From the NCBI GenBank assembly GCA_036172245.1, contig JAYWIR010000022.1, positions 1,426,001-1,490,000 of the forward strand: DNA of 64,000 bases, written 5' to 3'. Position numbers and translations under genes: made by a program. Under the pieces are notes generated by a model. It was not told the DNA's origin. It did not search any database and worked only from the letters and a program-made list of their open reading frames with translations. Of this stretch, positions 27,042 through 39,950 are shown one piece after another. Position 1 is the first letter of the stretch; each line of letters begins with the position of its first letter. The stretch is from Raillietiella orientalis. Taxonomy: Eukaryota.

Positions 27042-30000
27042 CTGCTGATTCACAGGGAAATACGGTGGAATGCATACAGAAAAGGAGGTTGTTGCAGAGA
27101 TCTCTGAGACAGCCCAATTACTACTGGATTCCACAAATTATCTAGTAGGCATAACTTTTCCAATCGTATGGAAAGACTAGTAAAGAGAATTTCGTAAACT
27201 GGAAGGTGAACGGCTAGGCAACCAAAACGTCGGACCCCATGAGTGGGTCTCTCTATTATTTTTTGTAGGTTCGTGTAGGTTCTCTCTTGTTTTTGGTTTC
27301 CTAGCTCACTCTTTTCACTTGAAAGGTGGAAGTTATCAAGCTAGGCGCAACATCCACTAGTGCTCTCATGTGCTCCAAGTCGTGTCATCTGTTTCGTAAA
27401 TGTTTCAGTGAGCTTGTAGCTTTTATTTCCGTACCTAGAAAGAATAAGAAATCTCCTTGGGCAAGATTTGCAAACGCATTTCCGATTTTTTGTTCTCACA
27501 CAAAGATCGCTAGAAAATGGAAAACGCTGGACCCTTATCATGAGGAACAGTTTGGGGGGTTCTTGCTTTTGTGAGTCTGGTAAGCAATGTGTCCAGAATG
27601 AAGTTTCATTCCTTTGGATTTCTTTTTGCATTCTAGATGCATCCATCCTTTGTGAAAATTCGGGATAACAATTCAGCAAAGGAGCCAAGCAATATTGGAT
27701 TAGTATAATTGCAGCACCCTTTTCCCCTTTTTTTCCTGACAGGGCTGTAACTTCGAGATGGACATTGCAGAGTATTTGTAAGAACAAGAGCAGGTTTGCC
27801 TTTGCCAGCATTCCTGGTATGGGGTCTGGGAAAGTGATGAATAAACACGATTTGATGGTACAGAAAACCTCGTTTCTTGCTTTTATCTTGTGATGCAAAG
27901 GAAGACAAAGTGGTGTCTATTCGTGTCCCTGGATCAATGGGAAGGTTTTCCTAGTTTGATGTGAAAGATCTCACTATCGTTCCACTGATGGTGGTACCAA
28001 TCTTGGGAGCCGATGGTTAGGTGGTCGCCAGTATCTCCTTCCTTACCTGAATGCAAACAGTGAGGTTCCTCATCTCGAACGAGGAGCTGATTTACCTAGT
28101 TTTGGAAGCTTTGATCTAATCTAACACACTTCTAAAAATACGTTTGATTGGATATCCTCAAGCTCGAAGAAAGAAAATACGCTTTGCGTATTGCTTCATT
28201 AATGTGATACTCCTAGTCAGCTGCAATGGGTGTCATTAGAACAGCTTCATTTCTTGAACATGGCAATGCGATTGTGATAAGGTGATGAAAAACTCACATG
28301 GGACTCATAATCACGAATATCTTGCACGATTTGAGCACGCGGTGTGGAATTCAGTGTAACGTAATGGAAACGGTCCTAACTGATGGATACATCAGATGCA
28401 TTGTGCTTCACAGTATCCACTGATCTTGTTGATAATGACTCATTCTTTATTTGGAATACAATCCTCCTCCGCTGCTGTAACGCTAGCTCCGGGCTATTTT
28501 CGTGGACACCAAGAAGCACCAGTAAAAGCTGAAATTCCTATCGATGGATTTTTGCATCACATTTGCATCTACAACTGCATTTGAACTGCTTGAATAGGGG
28601 GTGCACGATACCCAGCATCATATGCACGTCTCTGCTAAAGAACAAGCACATGGATGCATGTCCTTGGGCGCTTGCTCAAGTGGTAAACATTTAGTTGTCG
28701 GTGTGTCCACTCCGTACAGACTTGCGTGAATCTGCCGTGTTCAAAAACCAGCCTCTGGCCCGATATCTTTTTCCGAAGGTGCGCCATAACCTATGAGTGC
28801 AATCAGCTGGAGAGAACTATGACCCATTGGTTTCATCATGAAGATCTGATCTGATCTGATCTGTCTCAAACATCTTTCATATTCAAACGAGTGATGCTTC
28901 TGGAGCGAACAGATTGAAAAATTCGAAAACGAATCAGTGTTCTGGAAGCTGGGAATATTTTTCAGCTCCCGAAATTTCCTTTCAGGAGATCCTCGATTAC
29001 TGCCACATAGATCCATGCAACGTGAAGTTTCTCAAATTTTCTCCTTAAAAGCGAACAGCCAAAAGTTTTGGGAGATGAAGTGATTCAGATGAGCTCTACT
29101 GCTGAATCCTCCTCTTTGGAGACACTCGACTCCAGGATGCAATTCCTTCTGTGTCATCCATAGAAGAGAAACAGTCCTGATCTCTCTGCGGCTACAGAGA
29201 TCACTTTTGTGACTTGCAAAGTGTCCGTCTCCTTTTCTGTGCAATGGCGGTGATGTTTGCGTGGTAGTGGCAGCGCATGTAGCGCGGAATTGGGGATTTC
29301 TGCTCGTGTCATCGGGCCGATAAGAAGAATCCCTGCTTCAGTTCAGAGTGGAGCTGATAGAGGAAGAGGAGGACGAAGCATCCAGTACATGTTAAACCAA
29401 TAACCCTGCCAGCTGCGCGAGCCAACTGCAGGATCATGGGTGAAGGAACGCTTTTTTCTTGACCTTTGCAAAAATCGCTGGGCACTTTGCCCCTTCACGA
29501 AGACGAACCGGAGCGAAAGGTGCAGGAATCCTCTCGAATGGGAACTCGAATTCCGACGAATAGGAATCTGAAAACCAAGACATCATCTTCACAACGTTGC
29601 AGTGCTGTGCACACAATCTCGGATGTAGTTTTCAATTAGCAATAATCTCATCTCAGCCCGTCCTCGATTAGGATACTGCCTGCGCACAAAGCAATGTCGG
29701 ATGTAGTCATGCAGTGACTGCTTCCGGTATGGAAGAAAGATCTGATTGAGAGGCAGACCATCTGCACCGGGGGCTCATTATTCTTTCCCATCGAATAGAG
29801 TTGGTACTCCTCTGACAACTTTGGGACCCCGCTGCCGCCACTGCTCTCTTCCAATGGCTTCCCATTCCAATTCACATTACGTGCAATGCTACACGCCAAC
29901 TTCGTGCAGTTCAAGTCGCTTGTGCTTTGGTTTTCTGACCTTCGCTGACAGAAAATAAGGAACCAAAAAAAAGTTTTTGCAGCTGTGCGGGAGTTATACG

Positions 30001-32181
30001 TGGTATTCGCAATAACACAATACCTGTGCCTCGTAGACGCTGTTGTGGATACGTCCACTCTTGAGTCCTGGTTCCTTGTCTACGCAAGAAAAAAGTCTCC
30101 TGGTGTGGAGTACTGTTTTTTGAACGAGTACTTGTGGATCAGAGCAAGATGGCAGCACTTCGAAGAAAGATCCTGATCATCTCGTACTAAAGTCGGAACT
30201 TTGAAAAACTTGTAGTCATATATTCAAATTTCCAACCTTGGATCAAGGGATGGAGAATTTTTGTTCATTGTGGTATCCTTGAAAGGATATTCTGGCGTCC
30301 GTACTTGAAAGATGCGAAGTATTTTTCACTCTAGGTCAGAGGATTCTAGAAGATAGACTAGTACCAAGAGGATCCTAGTTCCAGGGAATCTCCTCTGCAT
30401 CCACGTTCTTCAACTGTTTCTGTTCTTCAACTGTGGCTGAAACTGGATAAACGTGTGTTGCTGCAACTGTTACCTGCTGGTTCTCCGCTCTCAGTTCCTG
30501 CTTTCCAATTGGTTTCATCTTGTATGCATCATGGATTTTCAACAGACCGCCGGACTTAAAGAATTTGTGAGCTGGCAGCATCAGAATTCCTGGAATGCCA
30601 CTGCTGCTGCAGCCGTCGGGGAGGAAAGATGAAACAGTCCATCTGATCAAGGGGAACTTCCACAGAACCGTAATGATGGCCACGCGGATGAGACCTTTGC
30701 TTAGCATGTGCCCCAGCACCTTTGCGGCAGAGTCTTGACAGTAAACTGTGCTATTGCATGAGTTCCTCGAACTGAGACCGACTGTTGTTTTTAGACTTCT
30801 TACGATTCTCGACTGAGTCTGGCAAAGACTGCTGCAGGGTACGCGTGCCGTACCAGGACAAATTAGCACAAAAGTTGCCTTTCGCAGCTGAAGGACGACA
30901 TGTGCTGCCGAAGTGAATCCGAAAGCATACTTCTGTCCAGATTTCACTTCTTTGATGGCAGATGACTAACTCAAGAAAGATGTGATGAAGAAACAGTGTT
31001 CATTTATATTCTACGTACTCACGTGTGCTTGGTGCTCCAGGGAAAAACAGTAAATCAGCCACCAATAGGAAGCGACTGACGCTCTTTAGGTCGCCCAAAT
31101 TTGGCATATGTGTTCCCCATGATCGTCGTTTTTCTATGCTCCACGCGATAGAGCGAGACGTTGCTTATTCATGTGACCCGACTTTTCTGCTGAATAGGTC
31201 AAAATGTAGCTTGGAATATGGAGAGGTGTGAGGAAGGGGAAATATCCATGTGCAGGGAAACATCCAATAGTTTCTCTGCTCGAAAGATGTGTTTGTAAGA
31301 AGAAAATTGCGGTTTAAAACAGATGCTGGATGAGCGATCTATACTTGGTGAAGAAGATGCTTCTCAAGAAGCTTAGTTTCCAGTTTCTTCAAAACATGGA
31401 AGTTTTTTGGAGAGTCGAAACGAAGACAACACCTCGGCTGACGTCGAACCTTCTGACGGCGTGCGTACCTGGCTGCTGAAACGAAGGTGCACTTTTCTAT
31501 AAAAGTTACTGTATCATGCATTCTTGAGCATCTAGAGAGAAACATTCAGCAGATTTGGAGTCGATCTAGATCATATTCCACTCTGTAAAGTTATGTCATC
31601 CCCGATCTCTGATTTTTCCTATTGCAACGGGAAGGCAATTCCGAGCTGTTTCTGCAGATCTACTCCTTTTGGGAGATAGGTGTGATTTGTTTGCATGAAG
31701 AAGTTGAATTTACCAATAGGATGCACCTCTCATTTTAAAGACTTTCACTCCATTGGATGGGATGTTGATCATGAGGGATTTTGTCTAGCTGTTTGGTAAT
31801 CATCTTTGCGCATTTGTTTTGACTGCCTTAGACACTCGATCTATATCAGAAGCCATTCCACTTTGCGCAAGAATTTTTCCACGGGTCAGCCGAGTAGAAA
31901 CATCATTTCTTTGGACTGATAACTTTATCTTTGCTTTGGTAAAGGCTTCTTGAGAGTTTCATCCCAATTGTTCAATGCCTACTCTTTTTCTCAGAATTCC
32001 TGCTTTTCAAATTGACTGTGGAATTCGGAATCTGGTATGTCGTTCCTGGTTGTTACTTGGATGTGTAGTATTTCTCGTGGTTTCATCTGTTTCTTTTACG
32101 TTGGTGATGTTTACGACGTGCTGTAAAATAAAAGTTCCGATGACCATCATTCACAAAGATCGGATTTCTTCTTTTTCTTTT

Positions 32182-32214
32182 CTTCTTCTTCTTCTTCTTC
32201 TTATTATTATTATT
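32182..32214. repeat. Compound microsatellite (CTT)7(ATT)4
   Basis: Read directly from sequence. It creates the spurious LLLLLLLIIII stretch in ORF 31975-32286. Confidence 0.9.
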
Positions 32215-35200
32215 GTCTACCAGAATCAAGTTTTGACCTCTGTTTTCTTCACATTGCTTCCCCTTCGCTTCTTGTCATTCGTCTGATTATATAGTAGTCG
32301 CAAATCTTGTTTCAAGAGATTTCGTTAAAAAGGTACTCAGTTCTCCCATAGCACTGGAACTTTGATGGTTGATCGATGAATGAGCATGGAGAATAGCACT
32401 TATTTGAAAAGGAAATCAGCGATGGCTTGTTTCTAGTTTTAGAATGTTGGGAAATTCATCAATACAGGAGAGTCCTTCGGTGAGAATGAAACCTTTGATG
32501 TTTAATATTCACCTGCAACATCACCCCTTCACCTCTCCTTGTCAGTTCATCTTTATTTGACCTCCTCTCTTTCAGTTTTCCCTATGGACTCTTTTCGCTG
32601 AAAATTGGATGATGTTTACTTCCATATGAATGTCTGTATGCAATTGGACACTATCTGAACACGAAGCTGAAAGAGACAGCACATACGACAGCGTTCCTTG
32701 ATTTTCGTTGTGGCAAGAGCGAGGCAGTTGTAATCAAACCACTCGTTGGTTTGCTTCAAGCTGGAAGTTTACTGCATCAGAATGATGGAAGATGACTTTT
32801 TCAGAAACAAGAATCATACTCTGGTCTTCAGGAAGGCGAAGGAATTTGTAGAATTATGCACTCTTTGGAAGTTCCGTCACAATTGTAGTGGAGTGGAGTT
32901 TCAGAGATCACTTCAAAGCAGGAGCTATGCGAATTCCGAGAACGGCCTTTACGGTTTCTGTGAAAATGATGGTTTGTGTGCATTCGGAAATAGATGGACA
33001 GTTTTCGTTCGTGAAACTTCTGGAAAACAAGCAAGTTCTCCGCAAGCGTTTTGTTTCCAGGGTGACGACCTCGTTCCCAATGTGACTCGCTGCTGTGCAC
33101 ACGCATTGCGTAGTCAAGGCACTCAGTCTTCAGCGACGTGTAGAGGGATTTCTTATAAAGCTGTTCCGCATTAGTATGCTCTGAGCTTAATTGTTTTTTT
33201 TTTTTTTTTTTCATTCCTGGGAGCTAATTCTGTGAGGACAACACTTGGTATCGAACCAGGTGTCTTCCGCAAAATGCTCCATAGCAGGAAAGTGTTTTTT
33301 TTTTTTTTCTTTTGGTTTTGTTTGGAGTTTCGTTTCGGGAGCTCCCGAGGTTACTTGAGTGCTACGAGTTAGCACTCAAATAATCAGCAGTTAATGGTTG
33401 TCTGATAATTCTCATCTAGTTATTGATTAAATATCCGTGGAAAAATTATCCCATTATTTTGCACATCAGGATACAATGAGACTTTCTGCTCACAGGAAGA
33501 TAGTAGATAGGTAGCCAGCGTCTCTGGAAAACAGAGCTCTAGACACGATAAATGCTAGTACGACTGCAAGACAAATCCTCATCATCTGTAAAAGGCACTT
33601 GATAACTGCTGTTGAGTGAAAGTGACCTTCTAGATAGACTTGTATTTCGGTTGGGTCAAAGCTGGTTCCTACTGAACTCGTGGAAAATACGATACAAACT
33701 TGTGAAAGTGAAGATCATCGGAATGCTATGAGAAAAAATGAGAAAAATAGAAAGCGCACTGTCTACAATTCTCGAGTTTTCCTTCTGGCTTCTTCTTCAG
33801 AGAAGCCAATTACAGGAACGGGTTTGTTCACTATATGGGCTCAAAGAACGAAGTGTTTCTTGCAGTGCAACCATGTTGTCCGATTCCGCAAAGATACCAA
33901 ACCTTGTGACACGCATGAGATAAGCATGTAAGCAATATGTGACGATGTTTTGAGCAAAACGGAATTCTTACGACAGAATGGAGCTTTTGGCATAAGCAAA
34001 AATTCTAAGGTTTTGTTGCTGTTGTTGTTGTTGTTTTTGTTTTAACAAAAAATAATAATAATAATAAAGTTTTGTTTTCATATTGCTTTTGTGTCCTGTA
34101 TCTTGCTGTGAGAAAAAAAGCATCTGCTAGCATCGTCCCCCAAAAAGGAAAACCCTTTTCCATTCCTTTAAAGCACACAGGGGATGGAATTTTCTTGTTT
34201 CCAACCTTTTTTTCAAACCTTTTCACATAGGCACTGAAAGGAGATCACAGTGCTGCTCCCCATAACAAAAAAAAAAAAACAAAAACAGTTAATATAATGG
34301 AGAGCTTGAGAGAGTCCAAGTTCAAGTGCCTACTTATTATATCTGTTTTGCAGGAAATGAAGCTGTTTTGGGCTTCGAGTTTCCTGAGAAATCCTGCAAG
34401 AACACAGACAAACAAACCATCGTTCTCGTCCTCGAGTTGCTGGTGCATAATCTGAGTTGCCGGGATGATTCCAGCCCTTGCTATTCCATTTCCATAAGCA
34501 AATTGGATTCGTGAGTGACTCTGAACACAGGGGAAAGTCTCACCTCCTCCCAACTCCTTACTCCGTCCCTATTTACGTGATATGAGCTGGAAATTTGAGG
34601 TGCTAATTCGAAAGAGAGATGGCACGTGAATACTCGCTGAGAATGGGTGGAAGCCTTTTTACAGCATTAGTCCCTTCTGTGTATTCGATCTCAATGCAGG
34701 TGCTGGACCTCACTGGCGCTGAGCCATCTTGCATGTTTCCTTAGGCAACTGTCAAGTTCTTTTCGACGAGCTATCGCAAAGCTAAGCGGCTGCGTGAATC
34801 TTAAAGCACAGATACGGAAGAAGCAGGAAAGGAGTTGTCCAGAGTTGTTGTCCTAAGTGTTCCGGAGAAAGAGAAGTGGTTGAGAACTTTGGAGACTTTG
34901 GTCTTTGTCGGGAACATGACGGTGGTGCGGAAGTTGCGGTTTCTGAATCAGTGAAATAAAGAAGGGTAAATGCCTATTACTTTCCAGTAGGTACAAAAGA
35001 AACCCTTCCTTAGTAACTTAATCTCTTCTTAGGATAAGAATTGTGGACAAGAAGCAAGCACAGGCCGAAGGGATTCTTAACCTTTGTATTTATTCATTTA
35101 TGCCAAAAAATAGAAAGAATTGGTCATTCATCTACCTATTTAGCGAAGCAAAGAAGAAGCCCTACTTGCTCATTAGATATTAAGAAACACATTTTCCTCT

Positions 35201-38200
35201 TGTCCAAATTGGCTGACCATACAAAAGAATGTTTGTCGTATCGAAAAGTGTGCAGTAAACCTTCAAAGCCCCTGGATCAGGCACTCAGATTAAAAATTTT
35301 CTAGAGTGCCAAAATGCAAAAAACAACAACAACAAAAAAAAAAACTCTTGTGACAGCTCATGCAAATGCAAGATTTAAAAACCACAAGAAGGGTTCTATT
35401 TGGTCTTGTGATTCTTATATTCTTGAATCCAGTAGAAAGCTGGGACATCAAATTACAATTAGCAAATTACAAATGGAACTCATGAACCACAAAATGCGTG
35501 GTTACACGCCACATCTATTGAAACACGTTCGTCAATGAGCCAGTGTCATGCTCAAGCAACTCCGATATTCTTTGTAGTCTGTCGTCTTGAGGTGTAAAAC
35601 TCAATCAGGGCCTCAAGAAGGAAAAGGGAAAAGAAGAGAAGAATCGGTTGTCACCGAATCTAAGTATCTAGTTTCTATCTCGTTACAGAGTCAAAGAGGC
35701 GTCAGTTACTTCTCGGCATCCTTGAAACAGCCTTTTTTTGTACACGCTCAGAAGAGATAGAGTGGTGGATACAGGAAAAAAAATATTGCCAGACCAAGAG
35801 GAGGTTTGTGTAAGAAAACACCGCTGGTTTTTCTACTTCATGATACGGATCAAGGCATTTTTTCGGAGCTTGTTTTCCAAGCTAAACGCTGAGCCGAGGA
35901 ACAGGAAACGCATGCGTCTGAAGCCCCAGCTTGCTGAAAGAAAGATACTGTTTTAATAGTAAGCGTGCCACGTCCCAGTGCGTTCAGAAAGGTGGATGGC
36001 ATGGTACACATCCTCCTGAAATCGCTCCGATGGAGGAACTTACTGATTCGCCAAAGGAGAACGCGAACGCGTTGGTACACCTGGATTGTAATTAGCAACT
36101 GGTGCATGGATGCGTTAAAATCATGGACGACTGTAGAAGACGATCGCAGGCTCATAAGAGAACAAACGAGGTGAGTCGCATTGATAATTTCTTTTAGAGG
36201 GCACGCTAAACGCTGAGTTCTGTTGATAGCTGGGGGTAACTGCAACTCGCTCTTCTTGCTAATCTAGAAAACCCGAAGCTTATGATTCTTCATTCAGGGA
36301 GACCATGGTATTTGGGATCGAAAATTTCTTTGTGATGCTGACGAATTGTGCAGGATAGTTATCGCCATTGACTAGCAGCCCTTCCTGATTGCTCTACGGA
36401 TGCTTGAAAGCATGCCTAACTTCTCAGAAGCTCTGAAACACGGTTGCTGACATGAAGCTCTTTTTAAATTCATACGCAAGAATACCCAAGAAATGCGAGG
36501 ATAATGGCCTCGAGTGCAACATTTCACCAGACGACACCACCATTAAACAGCATCTCAGCATACCAATCTTCTAGGTAAGGACACCACTCATCCCCAAGTT
36601 GCCCGCTTGCTTGGTATGATTGTGGTAAGATGACCTGCCTGACTCGTCGCTGCACGTTTCAGGGCATCAAAGGAGCAGAAAACCTATACCCTAATTCATA
36701 TGCTGCAACGAGTCAAGCACCAAAACTTGAAATTCCGCTTCATTTGCAGTTCTGAAACAGAAACGTCTGTCTTCAGGAGGATACTTTCGTGACTGTGGCT
36801 GTTACACTTTTATGTTAGCTCTAACGCTGCTTCGCGCAGTTTCAAATACTCTTGGCTATTATATGGTGCAGTGCTGATCTGACAAGAGAGCCCGGTTATA
36901 TGGCTGCTTCAGTCTTCTATGGTCTAACACCCAAGTCTTTGGATCATTCAAAGCATGATTGACAGCCTTAGTAGTTGCTGAACCAACGCTGGCAAGGAAA
37001 ACTTCGATGCTGAAATGCATAGTAAACAGATGCTTCCTGAGTTCTAGACAGTCTCTTGCATATAGAAGCATCGAATTAATATAACCAAATACGAAGAGTT
37101 CCGTGAAAATGTCATTTGGATACAACACTAGTGATTTTCGAAGACACAGAACTGATTCCCTTGAAGTGTCTTATCTTTTCAAAAAAGGATATGAGATGCA
37201 CGCGCCCTCATACCTAGAGAATTTGAAGATATGAGGTCCAACCGGAAACTTTACACATAGAAGAGGTTACATTTGAGTAAGCAAAAAGAATCGAATTATC
37301 TAGACCATTCTAGCTGGGACCTTCTCGTCACAGCGGCGCCTACCAGCTTAAGAAATGTGTTGCAATCCACAATTCTGTAAACAACTTACGCGAATTGCTT
37401 TACATTTAGAAATATAGGGCTCCATAGTGGTCATGTTGATTCAATTCATGTCAATTCAATACATTTCTCAATACAATACATTTACATTCATTACATTTCT
37501 CGAAAGTCGCACAAATGCCGCAAACTACAGCTTCCCCAGCGCAAACTAGACCATCCTTCCACTCTTGGTCATGACGGGTTGTTTCCGTGCTTACTTCTAA
37601 CTTAACCATAGTGCTTAACCCCCCATTCTTCTTTGTGATACCTTTCTTCACTCAGCTTTGAGGACATTGGCAAGCATAACAGAATTAGATGCCCATCAGT
37701 TCTCTCAGTAGACAGCAGGAAACAGTCGCGATCTTCCAAAGGAATCCTTTTAGGAGGAGAGAAGCTAAGCCGCCAGAGATAGAATAATTGGCGAGAGGAT
37801 GGAAACCATATTTACGAATTTTACTGGAATTTTCTACAGAGACCTTCTGAATGCTCACCAGATGTTTGGAAAATTAGTTAGGACGTCGGTAGGCACTCCG
37901 ACATTTCGGAAGCGGAAAGTCAGTTACGTGAATGTTCTAGAAAAATGACTGCCAAATCATGTTTCCCCGTTTCTGCTCCACTGTGGTCATCACTCTTGAA
38001 ACTTGACGGATAAAGAATGCAAAGAATTTAAGACTGCTTTTTCAGCCAGGAAGATCTGTTGCCGGAAATTGCAGGACGAAATAAGAAAGCTGCTAACGCG
38101 GTTATCTCTTTCGGGACTGCTCTCTACAGTTAGCCTGTTCCTACAAGAGTGAATCGTGAAGATCCGATGGAATATTTAGATAAATTTAGCATTTTTGAAA

Positions 38201-39076
38201 TGAAAAGAATGAGAGAAACTCCAGACGACATGATGAGAAAGTAGCTTCCGGCAATATCCTTCACGAAGGAATCCTTCACGATGTGCCTTTTGTTATGCAA
38301 GATGCATATGAAAATCAAAGCAGATTATGAAATAGTCGATTGAGAATGTGACACACTTGAGAGGACATGAGGAACCAACGACCACTTGAGAGTGGTAAAA
38401 TAACCCTATCCTGCATACAACTTTAGGACGTAATATTGCTAAGAGAAAGTTTTCCTTCAGCGATCTAGTCTGGGTGTTCTTTCTGTGCAAGGTCATTCTT
38501 CACGGTCTTTCCTGAAATTCTTTTTCCCACAAAATACGTAGGCAAATTTTTGTATTTTGTCTTGAAACGTTCCTTCAAGACATTGGGGAAAAGAGACATC
38601 AAAACACTCGTTCTTCGGAAGAGTTTTCGTCCAACCTCATTGAGATTGGATACAAGAACTGTTTAGTTCCACTGATGGAAGAACGGACCGATCTTGAGAT
38701 TTGTTCCGATTATTTTTTTTTTCCTAACTTAATGCTTTTGCAGGAGACATAATGAAACGAAACGATTATGCGTCGAAAGACTGAATATAAAACTGATGTA
38801 CAAAGGTTTCGCATTATCTTCTCCATATTCAAGCAACATAAGAGATTCACAGATCCTTTCATCGAAGTGAACACAGACTGCTCTGTCCAAACACAGCAAT
38901 GAACATCAAAAGCATTGCAATATCATGCCATCTTTAGCATCGCAATCATGTATGGACATCACTACCTTGATCTGCTATGTTCTTCCCCTCTGAAAGAATA
39001 TTTCCAGGCTACACTAATACAGTCCGAGCAAGCAGTGGTTATAACTAGAGTTGATTTGTGGTGGTTTTCATTACAG

Positions 39077-39950
39077 AAGACAATGATAGCAGGGAAAAGA
39101 ATCTGAAGTCTATTCTAAGAATTGTACCATCTGATTAAAATCATAAAGTGCTGATAGGAAAATGGGATGGCTGCTGACCATGGGTTAGGAAGACAACACC
39201 CAAGAAATGTCAACAGCTTTCCCTTGATTCTGGATTCGAAGAGGTAAGTGGATTTGTCTAGATAAAGAAACTCTACGTATTTTTCAGAAACACCTCAAGA
39301 TACATGTTGGATACAAGGGTCCTGAAGTAAACTCAATTTTGTAAGTCCCGGACCCAGTTTGAAACCCAGTATTTCAAACCCGTACATACTCAGTATTTAC
39401 CTAAGAGAAGTCGCATTTCACATTGAGATGTGACTTTTACTGATGCTTTTATTCTTTGCAATGGAAACAAACAAATTCCTTTAGGAGAGTTTCTCCTCTG
39501 ATATCCTCGGAGCTTTCAGGTGGATCCCATATGCCTTATCGGACAGCGAACGCACGACTTTGCTGCTCTCCTCTCTTGCAGCCTCGAAAAGATCCATGAT
39601 GGAAAAAACTTACTGTGATGCAGCTTTTAAAAAGGGATATTCTTTTCCTAATTTTAAATGTTTCGTACGAAAAGCTGCCAAACACATCACTCTGAAGAGA
39701 AGGCTTTTCTTCAGTTGGCAAACAATTAGGAAAACTCCGAGAACACAAAGAATAGTGGAAAACCAAATTAAGAAATATTATGAACTCTGTGTTTCTGTTT
39801 CCTGACGATTCTGTTTATCTTCATTTCCAGAAAAGCATTGTGGCTTACGAGTCGGGACACTCCGTGGGGATGTACGAGGAGCATTTCAAAAGTAAGGGCC
39901 GATCGGATGTAAAGAAAGACCAGATAAGAGAAACAAAAATGCATTGGTGG
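39077..39950 (+). pseudogene. Decayed astacin metalloprotease paralog (at least two catalytic-domain exons: 39077-39243 and from 39831)
   Basis: Exon 39077-39243 (TTACAG/...GAG/GTAAGT) gives ...IVPSD*NHKVLIGKWDGC*PWVRKTTPKKCQQLSLDSGFEE, aligning with VPLDNPIYKIQIGVYSDFCWSRLGRTNDARGFQDMSLGTMCAE of the intact gene with the same phase 1/phase 0 boundaries. The exon after TTTCCAG gives KSIVAYESGHSVGMYEEH, matching VPVIVHEFGHALGMAHEQ at the same offset from the splice site, then a frameshifted RADR (cf. RPDR). It has two in-frame stops, a deletion and lost zinc ligands. The 3' end is uncertain. Confidence 0.8.

Noticed and set aside
28546..28611. GFLHHICIYNCI*TA*IGGARY, resembling an astacin-type EGF remnant
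   Set aside because: Too short and degenerate, with no supporting neighbouring exons; left for an HMM test.
29648..30947. Minus-strand ORFs of 136 and 190 aa
   Set aside because: Non-ATG starts, no recognisable motifs and no consistent exon chain; cannot be supported as genes.
31975..32286. Hydrophobic 103-aa ORF
   Set aside because: The hydrophobicity comes from a CTT/ATT microsatellite and T-rich sequence.
33241..33263. tRNA T-arm-like CCTGGTTCGATACCAAG on the - strand
   Set aside because: No D-arm, anticodon arm or acceptor stem; not a tRNA gene.
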